DNA of 64,000 bases from an uncultured Gammaproteobacteria bacterium (GTDB lineage: Bacteria > Cyanobacteriota > Vampirovibrionia > LMEP-6097): assembly GCA_964517685.1 (NCBI GenBank), contig CAZFCF010000011.1, positions 3,630 to 67,629 of the forward strand, in the 5' to 3' direction. The position numbers and the translations under genes are program-made. How positions within the stretch are numbered: the first letter of the stretch is position 1; the number at the start of each line of letters is the position of its first letter. Below are positions 1 to 9,571 of this stretch, piece after piece. The notes below the pieces were generated by a model. The model saw only the letters and a program-made list of their open reading frames with translations. It ran no database searches and was not told the origin of the DNA.

Positions 1-851
1 CCGGCTAAATCTCTTTCTAATTGAGCCTTAGCTCCAATTCTGTCTTTTGTTTTGTTTACGGTAGCAATGTAGTTAGCTAAAGCTTTATGAACAGGTTCTA
101 GTTCTGTGCTTATAAGAGTTTCACCATCAGCAAAAGCTTTAAGTTGTGCTGCCTCATCGAATTCACCTGTGTAATCTATGTATAAATTTTTTGCTGTAAG
201 ACCAGTCTTCGCCGCAGATTTAGCATTAAAGAACATACTAGCTGTATTCATCTCATTAGAGATTTCCGCTAAACCTTCTTTAGTTAAACCTCTACGCTCA
301 CCTTCATTCGTTAGTGCTTCTTTAAAAGAAGCAATTAAATCTTGTGGTTTATATTCAGGTTTAGTCTTTTCAAGTTTAGCTGCCACGTCTTCAAAAATTG
401 CGTTGAAAATTTGCATTTGTGCATTTCTATTAAAAGTCCCAGATTTTAAAGGAATTCCTTGAAGAGAACTTTGAATCCCTGAAAGTAAATTAGGATCTTT
501 AATAAGCTTGTTTACTAACTTACTTCCAGAGTGATCTATAAAAGCTTGACCTAGGTCTTTATCTAATATTTTATTGATTTCTTCAGCACTGTCTTTATCA
601 GCACTTAGTATATGAGTGACTTGATCTTTTAGTAGAGCAATAACTTCAGAGGCTGCAAAAGTTCTAATAGTGCCTGTTTCATCTGGAAGTCTTAAATTAC
701 CATCTTTTTGAATAACTTGACCAATATAGCTTGCAAGCTGTTGTCCAATAAATTTAGCATTGCTAACTTTTCCATTATCATCAAGCACAATAAATTGCTT
801 TGCTGTGTTTAGTAATCTTTGTGGTAATGAATGTTGCGTAATAGTGCTCAT
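1..851 (-). CDS. Orphan alpha-helical protein, runs off the left edge (MSTITQHSLPQRLLNTAK...)
   Basis: Hand translation: ATG at 851-849, frame open to the window start (283 codons). Not in the ORF track because it has no stop in the window. Confidence 0.8.
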   Translation of the reverse strand, partial: MSTITQHSLPQRLLNTAKQFIVLDDNGKVSNAKFIGQQLASYIGQVIQKDGNLRLPDETGTIRTFAASEVIALLKDQVTHILSADKDSAEEINKILDKDLGQAFIDHSGSKLVNKLIKDPNLLSGIQSSLQGIPLKSGTFNRNAQMQIFNAIFEDVAAKLEKTKPEYKPQDLIASFKEALTNEGERRGLTKEGLAEISNEMNTASMFFNAKSAAKTGLTAKNLYIDYTGEFDEAAQLKAFADGETLISTELEPVHKALANYIATVNKTKDRIGAKAQLERDLA

Positions 852-912
852 ATCTAATATCCAATAAGGCTTATAAGTACAAAGCTAATGACCTTAACGA
901 TTTGATAAAGAA

Positions 913-2061
913 TTATGCTGGTGTGGCTTTTGCAGGGGCTGGGGCTTCTCTTTTCTGATGCATTGCATGTCCCATAGCACGGTTTGCAACTATACTACCT
1001 GCGCCTTGAATAAAGTTTGCTGCGGTACCGCCTATAAATGGAATGTAGTGAAGAAAGCTTGAACACAGACCAATAACTGCTTGTAATGCCATATAAGGAA
1101 CTGACTCCATCAGCTCTTGAGCAATATTACTAATAAAATCTTTTGACTCATTATTAGCTTTTGGATTGTCTTTTTTGTGATGAGTTTGAACTGTTGCAAT
1201 AATTTCCTTCATTGCAGAAGCTGGAATATTTAATTTGGATAATTCACTTGTGTAGAAACTTTCAAGATTAAAATTAGGATTTTTATTCATGAGACTTTGA
1301 CCCTGAATGATGATGTCTCCAATCTTGGGATTATTCTCTTTGAAAATTTTAGTTTTAGCTTCAGCATCTAAAGACTGTTCTGTATCTGGTTTTGCAGCTT
1401 TTGCAGCAGCTCTAACAAAAGCATTGATTTCTTTTTGAGAAGCTGCTTTTTGAATGACTGTAAGCCCAGGATTTAACAAAGTTATACTACTAATGGTTTC
1501 TATATGTTTTTCAAGTAAGTCGCGATCTTTGGTTTCTAGTTTAGAAATATTGTCTTTAAAATATTTTGCAACATCTTTAGCTTTTACCAGCTCTTCTTTA
1601 AATTCAGCCAGTGAAATTTTTGGCTCTGATTTATCAAAATCATTACTAAATATTTTCATTAAGCTTTCCAAGCTTTCTGCTAATTCTTTGTGATTTGCAT
1701 TTGGCAATTTTGTAATTGCATCTTCAAAAATTTCTTGGCATTGAGAGAAAACTATTTCTTTATTTAAGTCTTCCAATGCAACATCTAAGTCTTTTTGAAT
1801 ACCTAATGAATCTATATTCTCAGCTTTTATATCTCCAGTAATTAGTTTTTTTGCTTCGAAATAATACCTTGCATAGTTAATTACACTAGTTTCTTGATCT
1901 TCACTTAACTTTGTTTTCCCTCCTACACCATCACTAATAATTTCAGTATTAAGCCAGGTGAAAAGTTTCTCTAATTTATCTAATGTCTTTTGGCCAAAAG
2001 GTTTTAAGGCTTCAACTAAAGCTGATTTTGATGTGTTTATTGATGGTCCAGCCATTTGCAT
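913..2061 (-). CDS. Orphan helical protein with C-terminal hydrophobic hairpin
   Basis: 382-aa ORF with a charged coiled-coil-like body; C-terminal MALQAVIGLCSSFLHYIPFIGGTAANFIQGAG. Confidence 0.8.
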   Translation of the reverse strand: MQMAGPSINTSKSALVEALKPFGQKTLDKLEKLFTWLNTEIISDGVGGKTKLSEDQETSVINYARYYFEAKKLITGDIKAENIDSLGIQKDLDVALEDLNKEIVFSQCQEIFEDAITKLPNANHKELAESLESLMKIFSNDFDKSEPKISLAEFKEELVKAKDVAKYFKDNISKLETKDRDLLEKHIETISSITLLNPGLTVIQKAASQKEINAFVRAAAKAAKPDTEQSLDAEAKTKIFKENNPKIGDIIIQGQSLMNKNPNFNLESFYTSELSKLNIPASAMKEIIATVQTHHKKDNPKANNESKDFISNIAQELMESVPYMALQAVIGLCSSFLHYIPFIGGTAANFIQGAGSIVANRAMGHAMHQKREAPAPAKATPA

Positions 2062-2143
2062 AAATTACTACTCAAATGTACAAACGCTTGGAATTAAGGT
2101 TTTTGATAGTAAGTTAAGCCTAAATTAAGAAATTTTAGTAGGT

Positions 2144-2180
2144 GGATTGCCGCGCCCTCTTCGAGGGCTCGCAATGACGG
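2144..2180. repeat. Family A short palindromic (REP/RPE-like) repeat
   Basis: GGATTGCCGCGCCCTCTTCGAGGGCTCGCAATGACGG; same GGATTGC...CTCGCAATGAC ends as the other copies. Confidence 0.85.
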
Positions 2181-2230
2181 GGTTTGAGTCTTAAGTTGGT
2201 ATCTACGCTCGCAGTAATGACGGCATTTGT

Positions 2231-2974
2231 CTATGGCATCTCAACAATCTTATGCATCTGTGTCCCCAAGCGGAAACGATTTGGATACTGCTTAAGAAGC
2301 TCGATAACTATCTTTTTATTAGCTTCAAAGTTAAACCAATCAGGCACAAGAAAAATTGGACATTGATTATGGTGTTTTTGTAAATTTGGAACTATGCGAT
2401 TGATGAGATACTCGACTGCTTCTTCATTAGCAATCACAAATTTAAGCTCATCGCAGTTTGCCCAGATCTTCTCATCTTGAATAGAAGAGCTTTTGGAATA
2501 AACTTCCTTAGGGCTAAAAGTTATATTCAAAGGTTTTTGTAGATAGCTGGTGAAATTATCAGAGTCGTTTTGCGTTTTGGAATAGTTTTTAAAAAGATCT
2601 CCGAGATATTGACCAGTAGCTGCAGTTTCAACTGATACTCTAAAATTATTTTTGACAAGTAGTGCTATCAGTGGCTCAAGACTTTGCTCTGTCGGCTCAC
2701 CACCAGTGATCACCACACGCTTCAGTAATGGATTGATAGTTTCTAATTCTTCTAAAATTTCTTCGGGTTCAATTTCAATAGAATTGTTTTCACGTTTAAC
2801 CCAGGTTTCTTTTTCATCACAAAAAAAACAATGTACATTGCAGCCTTGTAACCTAATGAAAAAAGCTGGCAAGCCCATATCCACACCCTCTCCTTGAATA
2901 GTTTCAAAGATTTCGGCTTTGCTATCGCAGCTGCTGTGAAGAATTAAGCTCATTCGAGAGTAAAATTCTATCAT
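2231..2974 (-). CDS. queE: 7-carboxy-7-deazaguanine synthase (radical SAM)
   Basis: EIFETIQGEG, FIRLQGCNVHCFFCD (CxxxCxxC), VVITGGEP, QMHK; adjacent to queC/queF. Confidence 0.9.
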   Translation of the reverse strand: MIEFYSRMSLILHSSCDSKAEIFETIQGEGVDMGLPAFFIRLQGCNVHCFFCDEKETWVKRENNSIEIEPEEILEELETINPLLKRVVITGGEPTEQSLEPLIALLVKNNFRVSVETAATGQYLGDLFKNYSKTQNDSDNFTSYLQKPLNITFSPKEVYSKSSSIQDEKIWANCDELKFVIANEEAVEYLINRIVPNLQKHHNQCPIFLVPDWFNFEANKKIVIELLKQYPNRFRLGTQMHKIVEMP

Positions 2975-2984
2975 TTATATAAAT

Positions 2985-3097
2985 CGTCATCATGAGGAGC
3001 GTAGCGACGTAATGATCCAGTTAGCGCAGGGGGATTGCTTCGCTAAGCTCGCAATGACATGGATCCCTACGCCTTCTACGAAGGCTCTGGATGACGG
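2985..3097. repeat. Cluster of three family A palindromic repeats (one inverted, two forward)
   Basis: CGTCAT...GATCCAG (2985-3020), GGATTGCTTCGCTAAGCTCGCAATGAC (3032-3058), GGATCCC...GGATGACGG (3061-3097). Confidence 0.8.
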
Positions 3098-3129
3098 CAT
3101 TTGATTATGCTCCAATGACGAATAAAATC

Positions 3130-3864
3130 TTAAGTTCGTGCCAATAAAGGATCGGTAATCCCAGCTTCCTTAAATCCTCGTTCTCTTAATAAACAAGCAT
3201 GGCATTTGCCACAGGGAGGAAAAGTCCCATCGTAACAAGTATGAGAGTAGCTTAAAGCCACAAGGCATTCATTTCCTAAACTGCCAAAGCTTTTAATTAG
3301 TTTCACTGACTCAGCTTTATTTAAATGCATTAATGGCGTGTGAATAACTAAGCCTTGGTCTTCTCCAAAGAGACCTTGATTTAAAGCACGCTCCATATCT
3401 TTGATAAATTTTTCTCGACAATCATAGTAACCACCGAAATCTTCTTCGCAAACTCCAATAACTATATTCTGCACTCCATGATGAACAGCAATATTTGCGG
3501 CAAGGGTTAGAAATAAAATATTTCTTCCAGGTACGAAGGTCGCTTCGACTCCAGGTTTAAATTCTTTTACGCTTTCGTATTTTTCAAGCTCTGAATCCTT
3601 GTTAATAAGTGGGCTTGAGCTTCTTAGTATCTCAGGTATTTTTACTAAGTCGAAATCAACTCCACTAAGCTCACAAATTTTACGAGCAGAGTCAATTTCA
3701 ATTTTGTGTTTTTGTCCGTAATCAAAAGTTATAGTTTTGATTTTTTCTTGGCGTTGATTTTTATCAGCTATAGAAAATTCTTTGAAAGACCAAAACAAAC
3801 AAGTTGTACTGTCTTGCCCGCCAGAGAGCACGATTAAGGCTTTGCTGGGATCAAGCTTAGTCAT
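3130..3864 (-). CDS. queC: 7-cyano-7-deazaguanine synthase
   Basis: SGGQDSTT PP-loop, FDYGQKH, TFVPGRN, YYDCR, TCY...CGKCHACLLR zinc motif. Confidence 0.95.
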   Translation of the reverse strand: MTKLDPSKALIVLSGGQDSTTCLFWSFKEFSIADKNQRQEKIKTITFDYGQKHKIEIDSARKICELSGVDFDLVKIPEILRSSSPLINKDSELEKYESVKEFKPGVEATFVPGRNILFLTLAANIAVHHGVQNIVIGVCEEDFGGYYDCREKFIKDMERALNQGLFGEDQGLVIHTPLMHLNKAESVKLIKSFGSLGNECLVALSYSHTCYDGTFPPCGKCHACLLRERGFKEAGITDPLLART

Positions 3865-4300
3865 TGAAAGTAAGTTTTTTGTATAAACCTAGATCACCAA
3901 TCTTTACATCGGGATTGATGGCAATGCCACCACGAGGCATAAATTTACCAACTACTCTTATGAATTTTGGTTTGATAGCGCTGTCTAAATCGTTTGCAAT
4001 TTTATTTATTACAAACTCATGGAAAATTCCATGATTGCGAAAACTGAAAAGATAGAGCTTGAGTGCCTTTGACTCGATTAGATGCTCATCGGGAATATAG
4101 CTGATTTGAATTTGGGCAAAATCTGGTTGTGAAGTTTTAGGGCAGACGCAAGTAAATTCCTGGCAGTCTAAGTTCACAATGTAATCATGACCTTCCCATT
4201 GGTTGGGAATTGCTTCAAGTTTAGCTTCATCTGGATGCGTTGGATAATCCATCTTTGATGAACCTAATAGAGATAAATTTTCTGTGCCTTGATTTTCCAT
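3857..4300 (-). CDS. queF: NADPH-dependent preQ0 reductase, short unimodular type
   Basis: EFTCVCPKTSQPDFA, ESKALKLYLFSFRN, FHE, PRGGI. Confidence 0.95.
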   Translation of the reverse strand: MENQGTENLSLLGSSKMDYPTHPDEAKLEAIPNQWEGHDYIVNLDCQEFTCVCPKTSQPDFAQIQISYIPDEHLIESKALKLYLFSFRNHGIFHEFVINKIANDLDSAIKPKFIRVVGKFMPRGGIAINPDVKIGDLGLYKKLTFND

Positions 4301-4302
4301 GG

Positions 4303-6750
4303 TTAGTTCGTTTTAATAAGCTTAGCAAACTTAGGATCCAAGAGCTTTTTCATGCCATTGAAATCTATATTGTAGAGGACTTTCTCGCCGCTGCCTAAGA
4401 GTTGTAAGACCTTCCCTTCGCCAAATTTAGCGTGTTTAACAGAGTCGCCGACTTTAAATTCAATCTTGAAGCTGTTATTCACTGCACGACTTTCAATTTG
4501 TTTTTGTTTGAAGCTAGCATTGCGCTCATGATTAAATCTACTTTCATCATAGAAGCTTGCAGCTCCCTTGATGCTTGGTGTCCAGTGGCTAGTATCATCC
4601 ACGCCATCATTAAATTCACTTTTCTTAGAGAAGCTAGAACTACGCTCATTAGAGTTTGATTGACCATAATAACCAATCAATAAATCTCTAGGAGCTTCTT
4701 CTAGGAATCTACTTGGTATACAAAATTCTGATTGTCCAAAAACTCTTCTGCGACGTGCATGAGTTAAATAGAGTTTGTCCTCTGCTCTAGTTACTCCCAC
4801 GTACATTAATCTTCTTTCTTCTTCTAATTGAGAAGTATCTTTACCATCAAGAGAACGTTGATGTGGGAATACTCCTTCTTCCATGCCAGCAAGAAATACT
4901 ACCCCAAACTCCAGTCCCTTAGCGGCATGTAGAGTCATGAGTGTGACCACATTGCCACCTTGTTTGGTGTTTTCAGCTTCACTAAGTAAAGAAATTTCTG
5001 CAAGAAAAGCTGATAAGGAATTGTCTTCAGAGTTAAGTTGGAAGTCAGTTGCCACGCCAATAAACTCATGAATGTTTTCTATACGGGATTCTGATTCAGC
5101 ATCAGAACTAGTTTGCAGCATCTCTAGATAGCCTGTTCTGCGCACTATTTCATCTATCAAATCACCAATGCCCAGAGATTTCTCTGCAAGTCTCAGCTCT
5201 TCAATGAGATCTATAAAGTTTTTGATTTTTGCTTTAGTCGGTCCATTAACATCTTGAATTTCTTCAATCTCTATAAAAGTTCTGTAGAGACTGTAAGAAT
5301 GTTTGTTGCCATACTCTTCAATCTTGCTAATTGAAGTTGCTCCAATACCTCTGCGCGGCTCATTAACAACACGCTTGAGACTCTGACTATCAGAAGGATT
5401 GTAAATTACTTTTAGGTAAGAAAGTATGTCTTTGATTTCTTTACGATCATAAAATCTAAAGCCACCGACAATTACATAAGGAATATTTCTTCGAAGTAAA
5501 GCTTCCTCTATGGCACGAGACTGCACATTGGTGCGATAAAGAGTCGCAAAGTCTTTTAGTTTTCTACCTTCTGCAACTTGCCTTTGAATCTCTGCCGCGA
5601 TGTACTGCGCTTCTTCTAATTCATCTTGCGCTTCGAAAACTGTAATCTTGTCTCCAGTCATTTTGGTGGCAATTAAAGTTTTCTCTATTCTTTCAGAGTT
5701 GTTAGTAATGATTGAATTAGCTACGCCTAAAATATTTGCAGTAGATCTATAGTTGGATTCAAGTTTAATTAATTCAGCATTTGGATAATCTTTTTTGAAG
5801 CCGATGATGATTTTAAAATCAGCACCACGCCATGAATAAATGCTTTGATCGACATCGCCAACGACAGTCAAAGAGCGAGTTTTATTCTTGAAATCATTCA
5901 TGAAAGAATGATTGATCATGTTTGCATTTTTGACTAAATTTTCTCTTTCATTACTAGTGCAACCTTCGGCAATTAATCTAATTAATTCATATTGAGCATG
6001 ATTGGTATCTTGGTACTCATCAACGAGAATATGTTTGAAACGATTATGATAGTACTCTCTAATTTGCTCGTTATTCTGTAAAAGTAAAACTGAGAAAAGT
6101 AATAAATCATCGAAATCCAAAGCATTGTTGCGTGACATTAGTTCTTCGTATTTATCAAAGATTGCCGCGATTTTCTCTTCGCGAAAATCAAAAGCGTTAG
6201 TATGAAAATCTCTGGCGAATTTTTTATTATTCTTGGCTTCACTGATGCGATAACGAATTACTTTTGGTTGATAAATTTTTGGATCTAAATCAAGAATTCT
6301 AATTGCTTCTTTTACTGTGTTAACGGTGTCGGTTTCATCGAAGATCGTGAAGCTTCTAGTCCAAGTTCTTTTCAAGCCAGCAGCAGTTGTGACAGCCACT
6401 TTATCAATATCTTCTCTAAGAATTCGCGCGCATACTGAATGGAATGTACCGATCCAGGCATGTTTTATAGCTTCTTCTCCTACTATTCTGTGAATCCTAG
6501 CCTTCATTTCTTTAGCGGCCTTATTAGTGAAAGTTACTGCAAGGATATTACTTGAATGAATTTCTTGAGCCACGAAGTAAGCTATTCTATGTGTTAAAAC
6601 CTTAGTTTTTCCGCTGCCAGCCCCGGCTAAGACCAATAATGGCGCGCCAATTTGTATCACGGCCTCTTTCTGTTGAGGATTTAAGCCTTCGGTAATTTCA
6701 GCAATTTTATCTTGGTTTAAAGTTTCAAAATGGTTTATTAGTTCTTTCAT
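4303..6750 (-). CDS. pcrA: UvrD/PcrA superfamily 1 DNA helicase
   Basis: AGAGSGKT, VTFTNKAA, VDEYQDTN, VGDVDQSIYSWRGA, TLHAAKGLEF, EERRLMYVGVTRA; C-terminal Tudor-like H-KFGEG. Confidence 0.95.
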   Translation of the reverse strand: MKELINHFETLNQDKIAEITEGLNPQQKEAVIQIGAPLLVLAGAGSGKTKVLTHRIAYFVAQEIHSSNILAVTFTNKAAKEMKARIHRIVGEEAIKHAWIGTFHSVCARILREDIDKVAVTTAAGLKRTWTRSFTIFDETDTVNTVKEAIRILDLDPKIYQPKVIRYRISEAKNNKKFARDFHTNAFDFREEKIAAIFDKYEELMSRNNALDFDDLLLFSVLLLQNNEQIREYYHNRFKHILVDEYQDTNHAQYELIRLIAEGCTSNERENLVKNANMINHSFMNDFKNKTRSLTVVGDVDQSIYSWRGADFKIIIGFKKDYPNAELIKLESNYRSTANILGVANSIITNNSERIEKTLIATKMTGDKITVFEAQDELEEAQYIAAEIQRQVAEGRKLKDFATLYRTNVQSRAIEEALLRRNIPYVIVGGFRFYDRKEIKDILSYLKVIYNPSDSQSLKRVVNEPRRGIGATSISKIEEYGNKHSYSLYRTFIEIEEIQDVNGPTKAKIKNFIDLIEELRLAEKSLGIGDLIDEIVRRTGYLEMLQTSSDAESESRIENIHEFIGVATDFQLNSEDNSLSAFLAEISLLSEAENTKQGGNVVTLMTLHAAKGLEFGVVFLAGMEEGVFPHQRSLDGKDTSQLEEERRLMYVGVTRAEDKLYLTHARRRRVFGQSEFCIPSRFLEEAPRDLLIGYYGQSNSNERSSSFSKKSEFNDGVDDTSHWTPSIKGAASFYDESRFNHERNASFKQKQIESRAVNNSFKIEFKVGDSVKHAKFGEGKVLQLLGSGEKVLYNIDFNGMKKLLDPKFAKLIKTN

Positions 6751-6830
6751 GGCTTAATTTAGTTTAGAATTTTGTTAATCGCTAAGAAAGGATTTTTTAG
6801 CAATTAGCATAAAGTATATTTTAATCTAAA

Positions 6831-7427
6831 ATGAATACGAGATATTCTGATACACAGCAAATACTCTCAAGGCCTTTGCGCTTTATGGAAGGTACCGTTA
6901 GTTCTGGCTCTACTGGTTTGTTTAGTAGTACTTTGGACATACCTAACACTCAAGATCTAAATGAAGAATTTAGAAATATTATGGATCAGGGTAATCATTC
7001 GATTGCAATGATCGGTAGTAAAGATCTTTCCATGAGTCAGATCAAGATCATCGAGATGATTGCTTATGGTCTTTCTGCTAGTGGCAATACTATAGTCACC
7101 AGTGGTGGCTACTGTGGTACTAACTACGCAACTATTAAAGGTGCTCTTAGAGGTAACCCCGAGAAGCTTAAAGTTATTCTTCCGCAAACCATTGCGCAAC
7201 AAATTAAAGAAGTTCAAGATCAGTTAATTGGTGTGAAGCATATTCTTGAGCATCAAGAGCGCGAGCATATGCTCTTAGCTGATGCCAGCAGATTATGCAA
7301 CAGAGAAATTGTCTCTGAATGCCAACATTTGATTTGTTTTCTTTATAGAGATTCTAAAACTTTACTTGATGCAATTGATTTTGCTTATAGCTTGAATAAA
7401 GTGGTTACTGTTTTTTACTTAGATTAA
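6831..7427 (+). CDS. DprA/Smf-like Rossmann-fold protein, cyanobacterial type
   Basis: IAMIGSK, VTSGG..GTNYATIKGA, VILPQ, ASRLCNREIV..CQHLICF, C-terminal VTVFYLD. Confidence 0.75.
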   Translation: MNTRYSDTQQILSRPLRFMEGTVSSGSTGLFSSTLDIPNTQDLNEEFRNIMDQGNHSIAMIGSKDLSMSQIKIIEMIAYGLSASGNTIVTSGGYCGTNYATIKGALRGNPEKLKVILPQTIAQQIKEVQDQLIGVKHILEHQEREHMLLADASRLCNREIVSECQHLICFLYRDSKTLLDAIDFAYSLNKVVTVFYLD

Positions 7428-7430
7428 GTT

Positions 7431-8573
7431 TTAAATCAATCCCTGCTTATTCCTTGCAAACCTAATCCCACCTTGGGCTTTAGCGATGCCAGTGCGGAAC
7501 CAAAATATCTTCACTGGATCAAAAGTAAAGTAGCTAGCTAAGTAACAAATAAAGAAGAACAAAAGCTGTAATTTTAATTTCAGTTCAGATTTCTTACCAT
7601 CATACTGCGAGATATTAGTTGCATGATGAACTAGATTATTTGCTTTCATGTATTCAAGGGTGTAGCCAATGAGGTCGTACCATTTAAGTACAAAGTCTTG
7701 AGTCATGCGTTTTGCTGGGATAGGATGGGTTACAGAGATTGCTGGTTGATAAATAACTTTAACTTCCTCTGCAATTAATCTCCAGAAAAATTCAGTATCT
7801 TCACAAGCACCGCGACGATCGGCGATAATGCCTAGATCATTTCTAAAATCACCATGCTTCTCAAAAACATCTTTGCTGGCTAAAAAGCAAGCAGAGATTG
7901 GGTTCTGGACTTTGCGTTTAAATTTATTTTCAACGGTTTCGAGTTTCTTGAAAAATTTATTCTCTTGTAACTCAATATCTAAAACAGGATTGTCTTCTTG
8001 AATAATTGCTGTTTGGTAAAAGCTTTTGAGTTCAAAAGGATACTGTAAAACTTTTTCACCATAATCATGAGAAGGGAAACAAGACTGAATAATTTCAAAA
8101 GGTGGTTCAAGATTTAACCAGCTTGGAACATCGTCTTCCCAGTCGGCAATTACTCTTGCTCCAGCAACATAGTTTTGTGGTTTCTTGCTTGCAATTAAAA
8201 GACAATTCATTAGCCAGTTTTTAGCGAGTAGAATATCATCATCGATAAAAGCTAGAACATATCCTTGTGACTCTCTAATACCACGATTGCGAGCATGTGA
8301 AGAACCTTGTTGAGTTTCAAGAATATATTTAATGTCGGGAGAATAAATATCTTTCTTGGAAATTATTCCTAGAATTAAATCACTAGTACTATCTGTAGAG
8401 TTGTTATCAATTACCAGAATCTCTAAGGATTTTTTGAGTTCAGGAGGATTTTCTGAACTCTCATAGATCTTCTTAAATTGTTTTGAAAGTTCTTCTAATA
8501 AAATTTGCAAATCTTTTGCACGATTATAGGTGCAAATGTTAATGCTTAGGAGAATAGATCTTTGCTCTTCCAC
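7431..8573 (-). CDS. Family 2 glycosyltransferase
   Basis: SINICTYNR, VIDNNSTD, SHARNRG, FIDDD, EDTEF. Confidence 0.9.
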   Translation of the reverse strand: MEEQRSILLSINICTYNRAKDLQILLEELSKQFKKIYESSENPPELKKSLEILVIDNNSTDSTSDLILGIISKKDIYSPDIKYILETQQGSSHARNRGIRESQGYVLAFIDDDILLAKNWLMNCLLIASKKPQNYVAGARVIADWEDDVPSWLNLEPPFEIIQSCFPSHDYGEKVLQYPFELKSFYQTAIIQEDNPVLDIELQENKFFKKLETVENKFKRKVQNPISACFLASKDVFEKHGDFRNDLGIIADRRGACEDTEFFWRLIAEEVKVIYQPAISVTHPIPAKRMTQDFVLKWYDLIGYTLEYMKANNLVHHATNISQYDGKKSELKLKLQLLFFFICYLASYFTFDPVKIFWFRTGIAKAQGGIRFARNKQGLI

Positions 8574-8581
8574 AGTTAAAT

Positions 8582-9553
8582 TTATCTAGTCGCTAAGGCA
8601 GCTTTAACACTGGGATAGCCAAGTTTGATTTGCATATCTTCAATCATATCTGCAATATTTAAAATTGACTCTTTGTTCTTTAACCATTTATTTGGATCTG
8701 GTTTACTCGAAGTAGAGACTACTGGTAAATTCTCACACTGTGACTGCACTTCATCCATATAATCAATTTCTAGGAAATCGCAAATTGCCTTACCAGCTTT
8801 AGTTGGATCTGCGATAAGATCCTCGTATTTAACTTGTAAGCAACGATCAGGACTCATTCTACTAAAAGCTTCTTGTGAATATTGATGTGCCGAGAGCCAT
8901 TGGAATGCACATACTTCTTCTAGGCTTTTGTTTAAGTATTCTTCCCAGCCAGGAGGATTCGTAAATTTCCAAACTTTGCCATCATAGCCTTTGATATTGA
9001 TTTGGGAATTATAATCGTAGAATTTTCTAAATTTGAAACTGAATCTACCAGAAGATTTCCAGCCTTCAATTAGTGAGCTAATATTTGTTGCTCCATCTCT
9101 AGTGAGATAAATAAATTTCGCATCAGGGAAAGCTTTGCCAAGATAGCCAACTCTATAAGTATTTGGTGGAGTCTTATCGAGGAATCTATACTCTTTACTT
9201 GATAATGATTTACCAAGTTCTATGAAGTTAGACCAAACTTGATAAATCGGATCTAACTCATCTTTGAATCTATTGAAAAATAATTTTTGACTTAAATCTG
9301 AAACTAAGCGTGAATGATAAACAGTGCGATTATATTTTTTCTCTAAATATTCGCGATCGCCTTCAGCATAATCATCTTCAGTTAAATACATTGAGAACAT
9401 TGGGTCTCTTTTATCTTCCAGGAATTTTTCCCAAACATAATGTGATTCTGTGAAGTGTGACCAAAGCTCTTTTGAGGCTCTTAAAATGGTAAAAAGTAAT
9501 GTAGTTCCGCTTCTTGGACAACCGATAATGTATACTGGTTTTGTAATTTTCAT
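8582..9553 (-). CDS. PAPS-dependent sulfotransferase
   Basis: IIGCPRSGTTLL (5'-PSB), DKTP, IYLTRDG...SL, VKYEDL. ATG at 9553 preferred over the track's TTG at 9559. Confidence 0.9.
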   Translation of the reverse strand: MKITKPVYIIGCPRSGTTLLFTILRASKELWSHFTESHYVWEKFLEDKRDPMFSMYLTEDDYAEGDREYLEKKYNRTVYHSRLVSDLSQKLFFNRFKDELDPIYQVWSNFIELGKSLSSKEYRFLDKTPPNTYRVGYLGKAFPDAKFIYLTRDGATNISSLIEGWKSSGRFSFKFRKFYDYNSQINIKGYDGKVWKFTNPPGWEEYLNKSLEEVCAFQWLSAHQYSQEAFSRMSPDRCLQVKYEDLIADPTKAGKAICDFLEIDYMDEVQSQCENLPVVSTSSKPDPNKWLKNKESILNIADMIEDMQIKLGYPSVKAALATR

Positions 9554-9571
9554 TTTCAATATTATATTAAC

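Noticed and set aside
2231-6750. dpd-type 7-deazaguanine DNA modification island (que genes plus helicase)
   Set aside because: No dpdA/B/C-like gene is present, queF is present, and the helicase is a standard PcrA.
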